This document shows, one piece after another, positions 11,396-21,948 of a stretch of DNA of 64,000 bases. This DNA is from Amycolatopsis sp. (GTDB taxonomy: Bacteria; Actinomycetota; Actinomycetes; Mycobacteriales; Pseudonocardiaceae). The notes under the pieces are model-generated. The model searched no databases. It was not told the DNA's origin and saw only the letters and a program-made list of their open reading frames with translations. The stretch covers positions 1,183-65,182 of the forward strand of contig DASZUO010000303.1 of the NCBI GenBank assembly GCA_035547575.1, written 5' to 3'. The position numbers and the translations under genes were made by a program. The first letter of the stretch is position 1, and each line of letters opens with the position of its first letter.

Positions 11396-12973
11396 TCATG
11401 CCTCCTTCGCGGCCGTGGCGGCCTTGCGTGCTGTCTTGCGCTCGGCGGCCAGGTGCTGCACGCCCCCGAGCCCGGTGAGCCGCGGACGGGACAGGGTCTT
11501 CGACTGCGACACGAGCACCACCAGGGGGTGCGTCACGAGGAACACGATCACCAGGTCGAGCACCGTCGACACACCGAGGGTGAACGCGAAACCCTGCACG
11601 TCGCCGACCGCGATCAGGTACAGCACAGCGGAGGCGAGGAACAGGATCGCGTCGGACGCCAGGATCGTGCGGCGGGCCCGCACCCAGCCGCGCGGCACCG
11701 CCGAGCGGAAGGTGCGGCCCTCGCGTATCTCGTCCTTGAGCCGTTCGAAGAACACCACGAACGAGTCCGCGGTGACACCGATGGAGATGATGAACCCGGC
11801 GATACCGGGCAGGTCGAGCGTGAAGCCGATCGCACGGCCCAGCAGCACCAGGACCGCGTAGACCACGCAGCTGGACAGCGCCAGCGAAACGATGGTCAGC
11901 ACGCCGAGCAGCCGGTAGTAGAACAGGCAGTAGACGAACACCAGCGCCAGGCCGATGCTGCCGGCGATGAGCCCGGCGCGCAGCGACGCGAGCCCGAGCG
12001 TCGGCGAGATCGTCTGGGCGTTGGACGTCTGGAACGACACCGGCAGCGAGCCGTACTTGAGCGTGTCGGCGAGATCCTTGGTCTGCTGCTGGGTGAAGTT
12101 GCCGGTGATCTGGGTGTTGCCGTCGACGATGGCGTTCTGGATCGTCGGTGCCGAGACCACCTGGGTGTCCAGCACGAAGGCCGCCTGCTTGCCGACGTTC
12201 TGGGTGGTGAAGTCGGCCCAGGTCTGGCGGCCCGTCGACTTGAACGTCAGGTCGACGGTCCAGCCCGGCTTGTTCTGCGCCGGCGGGGAGGACACCGCGG
12301 TGTCGATCTGGTCGCCGGCCAGGAACACCGGGCCCAGCAGGTACTTCGTGGCGCCGTCCTGGCTGCACGCGAGGAGCGGCAGCTTCGGGTCGTCGTTGCC
12401 CTGCAACGGGTCCTGCGTGGCGCAGGTGAACGCGCTCAGCGCCTGTTGCGCGGTGCCGCCCGCGGTGCCGGCGTTGCCGGTGCCGGTGACCAGGTCGGCC
12501 GCCTGCCGGGTGCCCCGCAGCTGCTGCAACTGGGCTGCCGTCAGGGTTTCGCCGCCAGGCGCCGGGGGCGTGGGCGGGGCGGTGGCCTGCTGGCTGTCGA
12601 GGACCTGGCGGAAGTTCAGCTGGGCGTTCTGGCCCAGCTTCTTCGCCTCGTCGCCGTTCGCGCCTGGCACGGTGATGATGATGTTGCTGCCCTGCGTGAC
12701 GACCTGGGCCCCGCTGACGCCGATCCCGTTGACGCGGCGCTCGATGGTCTGCCGCGCCTGGTCGAGCGTCGTCTTGTCCAGCGCCTGCTCCTGGCCGTTC
12801 TCGATCAGCTTCGGGGTCAGCGTGACCGTCGTGCCGCCCTGGAGATCGATGCCGAGTTTCGGCGCCGGCTTCCGGTCGCCGGTGAAGAACACCAGCAGGT
12901 AGAGCACGACCACGATCAGTACGAAGATGCCGAGATAGCGTCCTGGCCGGATCCGCCCGGCGGGTGGTGCCAC
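11396..12973 (-). CDS. secD: Protein translocase subunit SecD
   Basis: LGIDLQGG, RVNGIGVS, LKYGSLP and GVTADSFVVFFERLKDE motifs; GTG at 12973 after GAGGAG. Confidence 0.96.
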   Translation of the reverse strand: MAPPAGRIRPGRYLGIFVLIVVVLYLLVFFTGDRKPAPKLGIDLQGGTTVTLTPKLIENGQEQALDKTTLDQARQTIERRVNGIGVSGAQVVTQGSNIIITVPGANGDEAKKLGQNAQLNFRQVLDSQQATAPPTPPAPGGETLTAAQLQQLRGTRQAADLVTGTGNAGTAGGTAQQALSAFTCATQDPLQGNDDPKLPLLACSQDGATKYLLGPVFLAGDQIDTAVSSPPAQNKPGWTVDLTFKSTGRQTWADFTTQNVGKQAAFVLDTQVVSAPTIQNAIVDGNTQITGNFTQQQTKDLADTLKYGSLPVSFQTSNAQTISPTLGLASLRAGLIAGSIGLALVFVYCLFYYRLLGVLTIVSLALSSCVVYAVLVLLGRAIGFTLDLPGIAGFIISIGVTADSFVVFFERLKDEIREGRTFRSAVPRGWVRARRTILASDAILFLASAVLYLIAVGDVQGFAFTLGVSTVLDLVIVFLVTHPLVVLVSQSKTLSRPRLTGLGGVQHLAAERKTARKAATAAKEA

Positions 12974-13157
12974 GGTGGTCGTTTCTCCTCGGGGATGGGT
13001 CTTGCGGCTGGTGCCCGCTGTTAGCTCCGGAACCTTACCCGGTGGCACGTGAGCACAGCGTTACCCCCGGCGCCTGTCGGTGACGCCGGGAGCAGCCTAG
13101 GCATACGGGCGATCAGCCCGCGGTCCGGGCCCTTGGCGCAGCGAACTGCCCTGCGGC

Positions 13158-13562
13158 CTACTTGCTCTGCTTGTGCTCGAGCGGAGGCGCGATCTGCGGA
13201 CCGGCGGGCTCGTCCTGTTCGGCCGCGTCAGCCGTGTTTCCCGCGACCAGGTCGGCGTCCTCCGTGTCCTCGGTCTCGTCGAGGTCCACGTCATCCACCG
13301 CGGGTGCGACCTTCTCGCGCACCGCCTGCCGCAGCCACGTGGTCACCACGCCCGGCGCGATCTCGATGTCGATGGTGGTGTCGCTCGTGGTGTCGGCCAC
13401 CGTGCCGTACATGCCCGAGGTGGTCATCACGCGGTCGCCCTCGGCGAGACTGCCTTGCAGTTGCTGCTGCTCCTGCGCGGCGCGCTTCTGCTTGCGGCTC
13501 CCCATGATCAGCGGGATGGCCACGACGACCAACAGCAGCAGCGGCAGGAAAAGCTGACTCAT
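13158..13562 (-). CDS. yajC: Preprotein translocase subunit YajC
   Basis: N-terminal TM, GDRVMTTSGMYGTV and EIAPGV motifs; lies upstream of secD. Confidence 0.93.
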   Translation of the reverse strand: MSQLFLPLLLLVVVAIPLIMGSRKQKRAAQEQQQLQGSLAEGDRVMTTSGMYGTVADTTSDTTIDIEIAPGVVTTWLRQAVREKVAPAVDDVDLDETEDTEDADLVAGNTADAAEQDEPAGPQIAPPLEHKQSK

Positions 13563-13656
13563 GATTCTCCATTCGGCGGACGCCACGCGCTCGCCTATTT
13601 GTCCGGATGTCTCTTTCGAGTGTGCCAGGTGCCACCGCAAAGCTCAGCACCCGGCT

Positions 13657-14721
13657 TCAATCGAACAGGCTCGATTGCTCCGAACGGCCGTAATCCGCGG
13701 GCGGGCGCAGGCCGAGATGCTCCCACGCGGCAGCGGTGGCGACCCGTCCCCGTGGAGTCCGCGCGAGCATACCCGCCCGCACCAGGTATGGCTCGCACAC
13801 CTCCTCGACCGTGGTCGGCTCCTCACCCACCGCGACCGCGAGTGTGGACACGCCGACCGGGCCGCCGCCGAACGAGGACACCAGGGCGCTCAGCACGGCG
13901 CGGTCGAGGCGGTCCAGGCCCAGCTCGTCGACGTCGTAGACGGCCAGCGCGGCCCGCGTGACTTCGAGTGTGACGTCGCCGTCCGCCCGGACCTCGGCGT
14001 AGTCCCGCACGCGGCGCAGCAGCCGGTTCGCGATGCGGGGCGTGCCGCGCGACCGGTGCGCGATCTCGGCGCTGCTCTCGGCGTCGATCCGGATGCCGAG
14101 GATCACCGCCGCGCGGCGCACCACCTGGTCCAGTTCGGCGTCGGCGTAGAACTCCATCTGGCCGGTGAAGCCGAAGCGGTCCCGCAGCGGGCCGGTCAGC
14201 GCGCCGGACCGCGTGGTGGCGCCGACCAGCGTGAACGGCGCGATCTCCAGCGGAATACTGGTCGCGCCAGGGCCCTTGCCGACCACGACGTCGACCCGGA
14301 AGTCCTCCATCGCCAGGTACAGCATCTCCTCGGCGGGACGGGCGATGCGGTGGATCTCGTCGATGAACAGGACGTCGCCCTCGGCGAGGTTCGACAGCAT
14401 CGCCGCCAGGTCGCCGGCGCGTTCCAGCGCGGGACCCGACGTGATGCGGATGGCGGCGCCGAGTTCCTCGGCGACGATCATCGCCAGGCTGGTCTTGCCG
14501 AGACCCGGCGGACCGGACAGCAGCACGTGGTCGGGCGGCACGCCACGCCGGCGCGCGCTCTCGAGCACCAGTTCCAGCTGCTCCCGCACCCGGGGCTGAC
14601 CGACGAACTCGGCCAGCCTGCGCGGCCGCAGCGTGGTCTCCACCTCACGCTCGCCGGTCTGCGGCAGCGCCGAGAGGGTCTCGTCGTCCCCGTCGAAGCC
14701 GGTCACGGGTTCACTGTCCAT
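13657..14721 (-). CDS. ruvB: Holliday junction helicase RuvB
   Basis: [19 protein letters not shown] and [15 protein letters not shown] motifs. Confidence 0.98.
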   Translation of the reverse strand: MDSEPVTGFDGDDETLSALPQTGEREVETTLRPRRLAEFVGQPRVREQLELVLESARRRGVPPDHVLLSGPPGLGKTSLAMIVAEELGAAIRITSGPALERAGDLAAMLSNLAEGDVLFIDEIHRIARPAEEMLYLAMEDFRVDVVVGKGPGATSIPLEIAPFTLVGATTRSGALTGPLRDRFGFTGQMEFYADAELDQVVRRAAVILGIRIDAESSAEIAHRSRGTPRIANRLLRRVRDYAEVRADGDVTLEVTRAALAVYDVDELGLDRLDRAVLSALVSSFGGGPVGVSTLAVAVGEEPTTVEEVCEPYLVRAGMLARTPRGRVATAAAWEHLGLRPPADYGRSEQSSLFD

Positions 14722-14730
14722 GCCCCGGCC

Positions 14731-15324
14731 TTACCGCTTGCGGCCGAGAGTGGTCAGCGCGGCGCGCAGCACCGACGAGGTGTCGCTCTCGGCGGCGCCG
14801 GCCAGCACCTTGTCCACGGCCTGTTCCGCCTGCTTGGCGGGGAAACCGAGACCGGTCAGCGCCTCGACGACCTCGCCGCGCACCGCCGAGCCCGCTACCG
14901 GCATCGCCTCGGGGCCCGGCGCGGCGGCGGTGACCTTGTCCCGCAGTTCCAGCGTCAGCCGCTCGGCGCCCTTGCGTCCGATGCCCGGCACCTGCGTCAG
15001 CACGGTGATGTTGCCTTCGGCCAGTGCGGTGCGCAGCTTGTCCGGGTCGAGGACGGCCAGCGCGGCCAGCGCCAGCCGCGGCCCGATCCCGGAGACCGTC
15101 TGGAGCAGGCCGAACAGCTCGCGCGCCTCGGCCTCGGCGAAGCCGAACAGGGTCAGCGAGTCCTCGCGCACCACCAGTGAGGTGTGCAGCCGGGTCTCCT
15201 CGCCGCGGCGCAGCGTCGCCAGCGTCGCCGGGGTGGCCTGCACCGCGAGCCCGACGCCGCCCACCTCGACGACCACGTGGTCGAGCCCGACCGAGAGCAC
15301 CTCGCCCCGTACCGAGGAGATCAT
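14731..15324 (-). CDS. ruvA: Holliday junction branch migration protein RuvA
   Basis: Starts MISSVRGEV; [20 protein letters not shown] and [12 protein letters not shown] motifs. Confidence 0.97.
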   Translation of the reverse strand: MISSVRGEVLSVGLDHVVVEVGGVGLAVQATPATLATLRRGEETRLHTSLVVREDSLTLFGFAEAEARELFGLLQTVSGIGPRLALAALAVLDPDKLRTALAEGNITVLTQVPGIGRKGAERLTLELRDKVTAAAPGPEAMPVAGSAVRGEVVEALTGLGFPAKQAEQAVDKVLAGAAESDTSSVLRAALTTLGRKR

Positions 15325-15908
15325 CGCGCCATTCCCTTCTTCGCGCCGGCGGCCTTCGCCGCCGCGGCCAGCCGCGCCCGGTGGGTCTTCGCGAGCTCGG
15401 CGGCGCGGGCCTCGGCCTCGGCGAGACGGGCCCGCATCGGCTCCCGCCACAGGTGACAGATGGCCAGCGCGAGCGCGTCGGCGGCGTCGGCGGGGCTCGG
15501 CCGCTGCGCGAGCCCCAGCAGCCGGGTCACCATACCGGTGACCTGTGCCTTGTCCGCGCGGCCGGACCCGGTAACGGCCGCCTTGACCTCGCTCGGCGTG
15601 TGGAACACGACCGGCAGCCCGCGACGCGCGGCCGACAGCGCGACCACTCCCCCGGCCTGCGCGGTGCCCATCACGGTGCGGACGTTGTGCTGGCTGAACA
15701 CCCGTTCCACGGCCACGGCCTGCGGTTCGTAGCGGTCCAGCCACTCCTCGACGGCCTCCGAGACCCGCAGCAGCCGGGTGGCCAGGGACGCGTCGGCAGG
15801 CGTGCGCACGACGTCCACCGCCACGCAGCTGACCGCACGGCCCTTGCCGCCGTCCACGACGCCGAGCCCGCACCGGGTCAGCCCGGGGTCGACACCGAGC
15901 ACTCGCAC
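15321..15908 (-). CDS. ruvC: Crossover junction endodeoxyribonuclease RuvC
   Basis: [28 protein letters not shown] and [12 protein letters not shown] motifs. Confidence 0.97.
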   Translation of the reverse strand: MRVLGVDPGLTRCGLGVVDGGKGRAVSCVAVDVVRTPADASLATRLLRVSEAVEEWLDRYEPQAVAVERVFSQHNVRTVMGTAQAGGVVALSAARRGLPVVFHTPSEVKAAVTGSGRADKAQVTGMVTRLLGLAQRPSPADAADALALAICHLWREPMRARLAEAEARAAELAKTHRARLAAAAKAAGAKKGMAR

Positions 15909-15998
15909 CTGATCGCCTCCCAACCGAACACCAGTTCGGAGGCTACCGGGTGCCGTCCCCATCACCACACAGGACGCGCCGGGACCGGGAGATGTCCA

Positions 15999-16532
15999 CT
16001 ATGGACCGTCGACGCCGGGCGTCCAGCACTCCGGCCTGCCGCTCTCGGTCAGCACCGGCTGCCACTGCGCGAAGCCCTCGGGCGCATCGGCGTCCCACGG
16101 CCACTTGCCCTCCGGCGTGGCGACGATGATCTGCACCGCCGGGAAGTCGCCGTCGGGATAGACAACGAAGGCGCTGCCGAAGTACTCGGCGTAATGCTTG
16201 GGGTGCACGTGCTCGAACGTGACCGGCACACCCTCGAAGAAGTCGTCGTAGACCTTGCCGACCTCGAACAGGCCCGCGGTGGCCGCGCGGTCCACATAGG
16301 CGTCGAGCAGCACCTGCGCCATCGGCTCGGGAAGTCCGACCACGACGGCCTCGGGAACCTCGTGCGCCGCCCACACGCAGGCGGTGAAGCAGAAGCCGGA
16401 ACCCCTGTCATCGCTGGGAACCGAGATCACCGCGTTGCCGCGGCGCTCGGCCTCGGCGACGATCCACTCGAGCAGATCGTGATCTTCGGGGGCGAGGATC
16501 TGCGTGTCGGTCTCGGTCGTCACGGCGGGCAT
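15999..16532 (-). CDS. DUF4262-family protein
   Basis: FxFTxxxW...PExVVVGLP and QIIxxxxxGxWPWD...QPVL pattern typical of DUF4262. Confidence 0.75.
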   Translation of the reverse strand: MPAVTTETDTQILAPEDHDLLEWIVAEAERRGNAVISVPSDDRGSGFCFTACVWAAHEVPEAVVVGLPEPMAQVLLDAYVDRAATAGLFEVGKVYDDFFEGVPVTFEHVHPKHYAEYFGSAFVVYPDGDFPAVQIIVATPEGKWPWDADAPEGFAQWQPVLTESGRPECWTPGVDGP

Positions 16533-16572
16533 TCTGCCGCACCCGTCCACCCACGTACAGTAGGCCCGCGGA

Positions 16573-16608
16573 AAAAGTCCCGGAATGCCTTGGCATACCG
16601 GGACTTTT
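16573..16608. terminator. Bidirectional-type intrinsic terminator downstream of yebC
   Basis: Inverted repeat AAAAGTCCCGGaATGCC-tt-GGCATaCCGGGACTTTT with A/T tails on both sides, 12 bp after the yebC stop. Confidence 0.85.
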
Positions 16609-16620
16609 CGTGTCTCGCGG

Positions 16621-17370
16621 TCAGCCGACCTCGGCGAGCACCTCGTCGGAGACGTCGAAGTTGGCGTACACGTTCTGGACGTCGTCACAGTCCTCGAGCG
16701 CGTCGATCAGCTTGAAGACCTTCTTCGCGCCATCGGCGTCCAGCGGCACGTTGACCGACGGGAGGAAGCTCGCGTCGGCCGACTCGTAGTCGTAGCCCGC
16801 CTCCTGCAACGCCTTGCGGACGGCGACGAGGTCGGTCGCCTCGGACACGATCTCGAACGACTCGCCGAGGTCGTTGACCTCCTCGGCGCCGGCGTCGAGG
16901 ACCGCCATCAGTACGTCGTCCTCGGGCACCTCGTTCTTGGGCATGAGCACCACGCCCTTGCGGTTGAACAGGTAGGCCACCGAGCCCGGGTCGGCCAGCG
17001 AGCCGCCGTTGCGCGTCAGCGCGGTGCGCACCTCGGAGGCCGCGCGGTTGCGGTTGTCGGTGAGGCACTCGATGAGCACCGCGACGCCGTTCGGGCCGTA
17101 GCCCTCGTAGGTGATGTTCTGCCAGTCGGCACCGCCCGCCTCCTCACCGGCGCCACGCTTGCGCGCGCGCTCGATGTTGTCCTGCGGGACGGAGTTCTTC
17201 TTCGCCTTCTGGATGGCGTCGTACAGCGTCGGGTTGCCGTCCGGGTCGCCCCCGCCGGTCCGCGCGGCGACCTCGATGTTCTTGATCAGTCTCGCGAACA
17301 GCTTGCCACGCTTGGCGTCGAGGGCGGCCTTCTTGTGCTTGGTGGTGGCCCACTTCGAGTGGCCGCTCAT
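16621..17370 (-). CDS. YebC/PmpR family protein
   Basis: [30 protein letters not shown] and DDVQNVYAN motifs. Confidence 0.97.
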   Translation of the reverse strand: MSGHSKWATTKHKKAALDAKRGKLFARLIKNIEVAARTGGGDPDGNPTLYDAIQKAKKNSVPQDNIERARKRGAGEEAGGADWQNITYEGYGPNGVAVLIECLTDNRNRAASEVRTALTRNGGSLADPGSVAYLFNRKGVVLMPKNEVPEDDVLMAVLDAGAEEVNDLGESFEIVSEATDLVAVRKALQEAGYDYESADASFLPSVNVPLDADGAKKVFKLIDALEDCDDVQNVYANFDVSDEVLAEVG

Positions 17371-17380
17371 CTCTTCTCCA

Positions 17381-18004
17381 TCATCTCGATCGTTCCTGCA
17401 CCATGTTCACGAAGAAGCGGTGCACCCGCTCGTCGCCCGTGAGCTCCGGGTGGAAGGCCGTGGCGAGCACCGGCCCCTGCCGGACCGCGACGATCCTAGC
17501 GGCCGCGGCACCGGCGTCGGCCGTGTCGGGCACTCTGGCCAGTATCTCCACCCCGTCACCGGCCTTCTCCACCCAGGGGGCCCTGATGAACACGGCGTGC
17601 AGCGGACCACCATCGAGCCCCTCGAATTCCAGGTCGCCTTCGAAGGAGTCGACCTGCCGCCCGAACGCGTTCCGCCGGACGACCACGTCCAGGCCGTCGA
17701 GCTGCCGCTGGTCGGGGCGGCCGTCGAGGACCTGCCTGGCGAGGAGGATCATCCCGGCGCACGAGCCGTACGCGGGCATGCCGGCGGCGATGCGCTCCCG
17801 GAGCGGCTCGAGCAGCTCGAACGTGTCGAGCAGCCGGGACACCGTGGTGGACTCGCCGCCGGGCAGCACCAGCCCGTCGACCGCGGCGAGCTCACCCGGC
17901 CTCCGGACCGGCCGCGCCCCGGCGCCGGCGCGCTCGAGCGCGGCAACGTGCTCACGCACGTCACCCTGCAGTGCGAGCACCCCGATCAACGGCTTCCTGG
18001 CCAC
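17381..18004 (-). CDS. pdxT: PLP synthase glutaminase subunit
   Basis: [31 protein letters not shown] and FHPE motifs; GTG at 18004 after GGAGGAGG. Confidence 0.96.
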   Translation of the reverse strand: MARKPLIGVLALQGDVREHVAALERAGAGARPVRRPGELAAVDGLVLPGGESTTVSRLLDTFELLEPLRERIAAGMPAYGSCAGMILLARQVLDGRPDQRQLDGLDVVVRRNAFGRQVDSFEGDLEFEGLDGGPLHAVFIRAPWVEKAGDGVEILARVPDTADAGAAAARIVAVRQGPVLATAFHPELTGDERVHRFFVNMVQERSR

Positions 18005-18152
18005 CCGACCTCCTCCATGACCACTGTAAGCTGCGCGTTCGCCCGCGACACAGCGGAGGAGCTCCTGGCGCAAGCCGGGCGAGCCGGCCCATTTCCTGCG
18101 CCCACCAAGGCTCGTCTGCGGCAACAGGCCAAGGCCTACTCCGGGGGCCGGG

Positions 18153-19067
18153 TCACCAGCCGCGCTCGGCGAGGCGGTGCGGTTCGGGGACGTCGTCGAC
18201 GTTGATGCCGACCATCGCCTCCCCGAGGCCGCGGCTCACCTTCGCGAGTACGTCCGGGTCGTCGTGGAACGTGGTGGCCTTGACGATCGCCTCGGCGCGT
18301 TTGGCCGGGTTGCCCGACTTGAAGATGCCGGAGCCGACGAACACGCCCTCCGCGCCCAGCTGCATCATCATCGCCGCGTCGGCCGGGGTCGCGATGCCGC
18401 CCGCGGTGAACAGCACCACCGGCAGCTTGCCGCGCTCGGCGACCTCGCGGACCAGCTCGTACGGCGCCTGGAGTTCCTTCGCCGCGACGTAGAGCTCGTC
18501 CTCCGGCAAGGACGTCAGTCGCTTGAGCTCGGCACGGATCTTGCGCATGTGGGTGGTCGCGTTCGACACGTCGCCGGTGCCGGCCTCGCCCTTGGAGCGG
18601 ATCATCGCGGCGCCCTCGGTGATCCGCCGCAACGCCTCGCCGAGGTTGGTCGCCCCGCACACGAACGGCACGGTGAACGCCCACTTGTCGATGTGGTTGG
18701 CGTAGTCGGCCGGGGTGAGCACCTCGGACTCGTCGACGTAGTCGACGCCGAGCGACTGCAGCACCTGCGCCTCGACGAAATGCCCGATGCGGGCCTTCGC
18801 CATGACCGGGATCGACACGGCCTCGATGATCCCGTCGATGAGATCGGGGTCGCTCATCCGCGCCACCCCGCCCTGCGCCCGGATGTCGGCGGGCACGCGC
18901 TCGAGCGCCATCACGGCCACGGCGCCGGCGTCCTCGGCGATCTTGGCCTGGTCGGCGGTGACGACGTCCATGATCACGCCGCCCTTGAGCATCTCCGCCA
19001 TCCCGCGCTTCACACGCGCGGTGCCCCGCTCGGGCAGGGAGGAACCAGTGGACTGAACTTCGGACAC
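18153..19067 (-). CDS. pdxS: PLP synthase lyase subunit
   Basis: [31 protein letters not shown] and [11 protein letters not shown] motifs. Confidence 0.98.
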   Translation of the reverse strand: MSEVQSTGSSLPERGTARVKRGMAEMLKGGVIMDVVTADQAKIAEDAGAVAVMALERVPADIRAQGGVARMSDPDLIDGIIEAVSIPVMAKARIGHFVEAQVLQSLGVDYVDESEVLTPADYANHIDKWAFTVPFVCGATNLGEALRRITEGAAMIRSKGEAGTGDVSNATTHMRKIRAELKRLTSLPEDELYVAAKELQAPYELVREVAERGKLPVVLFTAGGIATPADAAMMMQLGAEGVFVGSGIFKSGNPAKRAEAIVKATTFHDDPDVLAKVSRGLGEAMVGINVDDVPEPHRLAERGW

Positions 19068-19103
19068 GGGGGACGCCTTTCACCGCGGAATGCACGCTTG
19101 CAC

Positions 19104-19169
19104 GTCCAGTTTAAGCCTGGGTGGACCGCTTCCCCAGGCCAGTAAGCCGCAATCTCGGAAGGCCACTTT
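19104..19169 (-). promoter_or_regulatory. Putative PdxR (MocR/GabR)-type operator array upstream of pdxS
   Basis: On the minus strand AAAGTGGCC, ACTGGCC, an inverted GTCCAC and AAACTGGAC; direct plus inverted repeats resembling the AAAGTGG PdxR motif. Confidence 0.5.
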
Positions 19170-19224
19170 CGTCCATCGGCGGCGCCTGGTGGACACGGGG
19201 TTGCCGGGGCGTGGCCTGCGGGTG

Positions 19225-19240
19225 TGTGATCGAAGGCACA
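19225..19240. promoter_or_regulatory. Putative CRP/GlxR box upstream of EF-G2
   Basis: TGTGA-tcgaag-GCACA, 9/10 match to TGTGA-N6-TCACA, 37 bp before the ATG at 19278. Confidence 0.55.
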
Positions 19241-19277
19241 CCCGTAAACCGACAACGACGTCCCGGGAGGCCTGGTC

Positions 19278-21398
19278 ATGGCCGATAAGCAAACGAGAAA
19301 CGGGGATTCCGGGGCCGCGGTCGCTGTGGACGATCCCCGCAAGGTACGCAACGTGGTCCTCGTCGGCCCTTCCGGCTCCGGAAAGACCACCCTCACCGAG
19401 GCCCTGCTCGCGGTGTCCGGCACCGTCAGCAGGGCCGGTTCCGTTGTAGAGGGCACGACGGTGTGCGACCACGACCCCGCCGCGGTCCGCCAGCAGCGCT
19501 CGGTCGGCCTCGCGGTCGCGCCGGTCATGTACGGCGACATCAAGATCAACCTGATCGATACCCCGGGCTACGCCGACTTCGTCGGCGAACTGCGGGCCGG
19601 CCTGCGCGCGGCGGACGCGGCCCTGTTCGTCGTGTGTGCCGCGGAAGGGGTGGACTCCGCGACCGTGTCGCTGTGGGACGAATGCGCCGCGGTGGGCATG
19701 CCGCGTGCGGTCATCATCGCGCGCACCGACCATCACCGCGCCGACGTGATGGGCGAGATCGCCGCCTGCCAGGAAGCGTTCGGCGCCGGCGTGCTGCCGC
19801 TCTACCTGCCCGCCAGCGGTGACGAACCCGCCCTCGTCGGGCTCATCACCCAGCGGCTCTACGACTACTCCGGCGGCTACCCCCCGAAGATGTCCGAGCC
19901 GGACCCGGCCGACCTCGACCGCATGGCCGATGCCCGCAACGAACTCATCGAAGGCATCATCGCCGAGAGCGAGGACGAGACCCTCATGGACCGCTACCTC
20001 GGCGGCGAGGAGATCGCGGAGGCGACCCTGATCGCGGATCTCGAGACGGCGGTCGCGCGCGGCACGTTCCACCCGGTCATCCCGGTGTGCGCCACCACGG
20101 GCGTCGGGCTCGCCGAGGTGCTCGACGGCATCGCCCGCGCCTTCCCGTCCCCGCTGGAGCATTCGCTGCCCGAGGTCAGCGCGATGGACGGGGCGAACAC
20201 CGAGACGCTGCGCGCCGACCCGAACGGCCCGCTGGCGGCGGAGGTCGTGCGCACGGCGGTGGACTCCTACGTCGGGCGGGTATCGCTTGTCCGGGTGTTC
20301 TCCGGGACACTGCGCCCCGAACGGCCGGTGCACGTGTCGGGCCATGGGCTCGCCGAACGCGGGCACGAGGACCACGACGCCGACGAACGCGTCGCGCACC
20401 TGTACTCGCCGCTCGGGGCGAACCTGCGCGAGGTGCCCTACTGCGTCGCCGGTGACCTGTGCGCGCTCACGAAAGTCGGGTCGGCGGAGACCGGGGACAC
20501 CGTGTCCTCGCCCGACCATCCGCTGCTGATGACGCCGTGGACGATGCCGGAGCCGCTGCTGCCGGTCGCGATCGTCGCGCACAACCGCAGCGACGAGGAC
20601 ACGCTGGCGCGCAACCTGTCCCGGCTCGTCGCGGGCGATCCGACGCTGCGACTCGAGCGCAACGCCGAGACGGCACAACTGGTGCTGTGGTGCATGGGCG
20701 AGGCACACGCCGACGTCGTGTTGTCGCGGCTGCGCGCGGGCGGGGCCGAGGTGGACACGGAGCCGGTGAAGATCGCGTTGCGGGAGACGTTCGCCGGGCC
20801 GGCGAAGGGCCATGGGCGGCATGTGAAGCAGTCCGGCGGGCACGGCCAGTACGCCGTGTGCGACATCGAGGTGCGGCCGCTGGAACGCGGCGCGGGTTTC
20901 GAGTTCGTGGATCGCATCGTCGGCGGCGCGGTCCCCCACCAGTTCATCCCGAGTGTCGAGAAGGGCGTGCGGGCCCAGCTCGCGAAGGGGCTCGTGTCGG
21001 GCTATCCCGTGGTCGACGTGCGGGTGACCCTGGTGGACGGCAAGGCACACAGCGTCGACTCGTCCGATGCCGCGTTCCAGACCGCGGGCGCGCTCGCGCT
21101 CAAGGACGCGGCGGCGAACGGCCGGGTGATGCTGCTCGAACCGCTCGACGCCGTGTCGGTGCTGCTGCCGGACGAGCATCTGGGCAGCGTTCTCGGCGAC
21201 CTTTCGTCCCGGCGCGGACGGGTTCTCGGCACGGAGTCCGCCGCCGGCGGGCGCACGATGGTCCGGGCCGAGGTACCCGCTACGGAACTGCTGCGCTACG
21301 CGAGCGAACTCCGCGCACTGACATCGGGCACGGCGACCTTCACCCGGCACCACGCCCGGTTCGACCCGCTGCCGGAAGGAGCCAGGACGGCAGGCTAG
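19278..21398 (+). CDS. fusA2: Elongation factor G-like protein EF-G2
   Basis: GPSGSGKTTL, LIDTPGYADF, MGExH, KQSGGHGQY, DGKAHSVDSSD and LLEP motifs; G2 and G4 motifs diverged. Confidence 0.93.
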   Translation: MADKQTRNGDSGAAVAVDDPRKVRNVVLVGPSGSGKTTLTEALLAVSGTVSRAGSVVEGTTVCDHDPAAVRQQRSVGLAVAPVMYGDIKINLIDTPGYADFVGELRAGLRAADAALFVVCAAEGVDSATVSLWDECAAVGMPRAVIIARTDHHRADVMGEIAACQEAFGAGVLPLYLPASGDEPALVGLITQRLYDYSGGYPPKMSEPDPADLDRMADARNELIEGIIAESEDETLMDRYLGGEEIAEATLIADLETAVARGTFHPVIPVCATTGVGLAEVLDGIARAFPSPLEHSLPEVSAMDGANTETLRADPNGPLAAEVVRTAVDSYVGRVSLVRVFSGTLRPERPVHVSGHGLAERGHEDHDADERVAHLYSPLGANLREVPYCVAGDLCALTKVGSAETGDTVSSPDHPLLMTPWTMPEPLLPVAIVAHNRSDEDTLARNLSRLVAGDPTLRLERNAETAQLVLWCMGEAHADVVLSRLRAGGAEVDTEPVKIALRETFAGPAKGHGRHVKQSGGHGQYAVCDIEVRPLERGAGFEFVDRIVGGAVPHQFIPSVEKGVRAQLAKGLVSGYPVVDVRVTLVDGKAHSVDSSDAAFQTAGALALKDAAANGRVMLLEPLDAVSVLLPDEHLGSVLGDLSSRRGRVLGTESAAGGRTMVRAEVPATELLRYASELRALTSGTATFTRHHARFDPLPEGARTAG

Positions 21399-21463
21399 TC
21401 ATCCTGTCCCCGGTGGGACGCCCGTCAAGGGGTGGAAGGCGTGCCGGCTGCCCGCCGAGGTCG

Positions 21464-21931
21464 TCAGAAGTCGAAGCCGCCGGGGCGGCCGTTGCGGTCG
21501 GCGATCAGGCCGGCCAGCGTGGCGAGCGCGATCTCCGGGGGCGTGCGCGACCCGATGTTCAGCCCCACCGGCCGGTGCACCCGGTCGATGTCCGGGCCCG
21601 GCACGCCGAGTTGCTTGAGCGCCTCGATGTGCGGGCCGGGATGGCGCGGGTTGCCGAGCACGCCGACCCAGCGCACCGGATGCGCGAGCACGTCGCGCAG
21701 CACGGGGCCGAGTTCGGCGCGGTGATGGTTGGTGACGACCACGTCGGTGTCCTCGTCGAACTCCGGCAGCGCGGGATCACGCCCCGGTTCGTAGAGCGCG
21801 ACCCGGTAGCCCAGGTCGGCACCGAACTTGATCAGGTACTCCGACACGGGCGAGGCGAAGACGGCCACCAGCGTGCGCGGCGGGGCCTCGTCACGTGCAT
21901 CGCCGTGCGCGACGGCACAAGGATCGGACAT
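21464..21931 (-). CDS. Stand-alone XdhC Rossmann (C-terminal) domain protein
   Basis: WVGVLGN and RPVGLNIGSRTPPEIALA motifs; only 155 aa. Confidence 0.8.
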   Translation of the reverse strand: MSDPCAVAHGDARDEAPPRTLVAVFASPVSEYLIKFGADLGYRVALYEPGRDPALPEFDEDTDVVVTNHHRAELGPVLRDVLAHPVRWVGVLGNPRHPGPHIEALKQLGVPGPDIDRVHRPVGLNIGSRTPPEIALATLAGLIADRNGRPGGFDF

Positions 21932-21948
21932 GCCTCCGAGTCTGCCAC

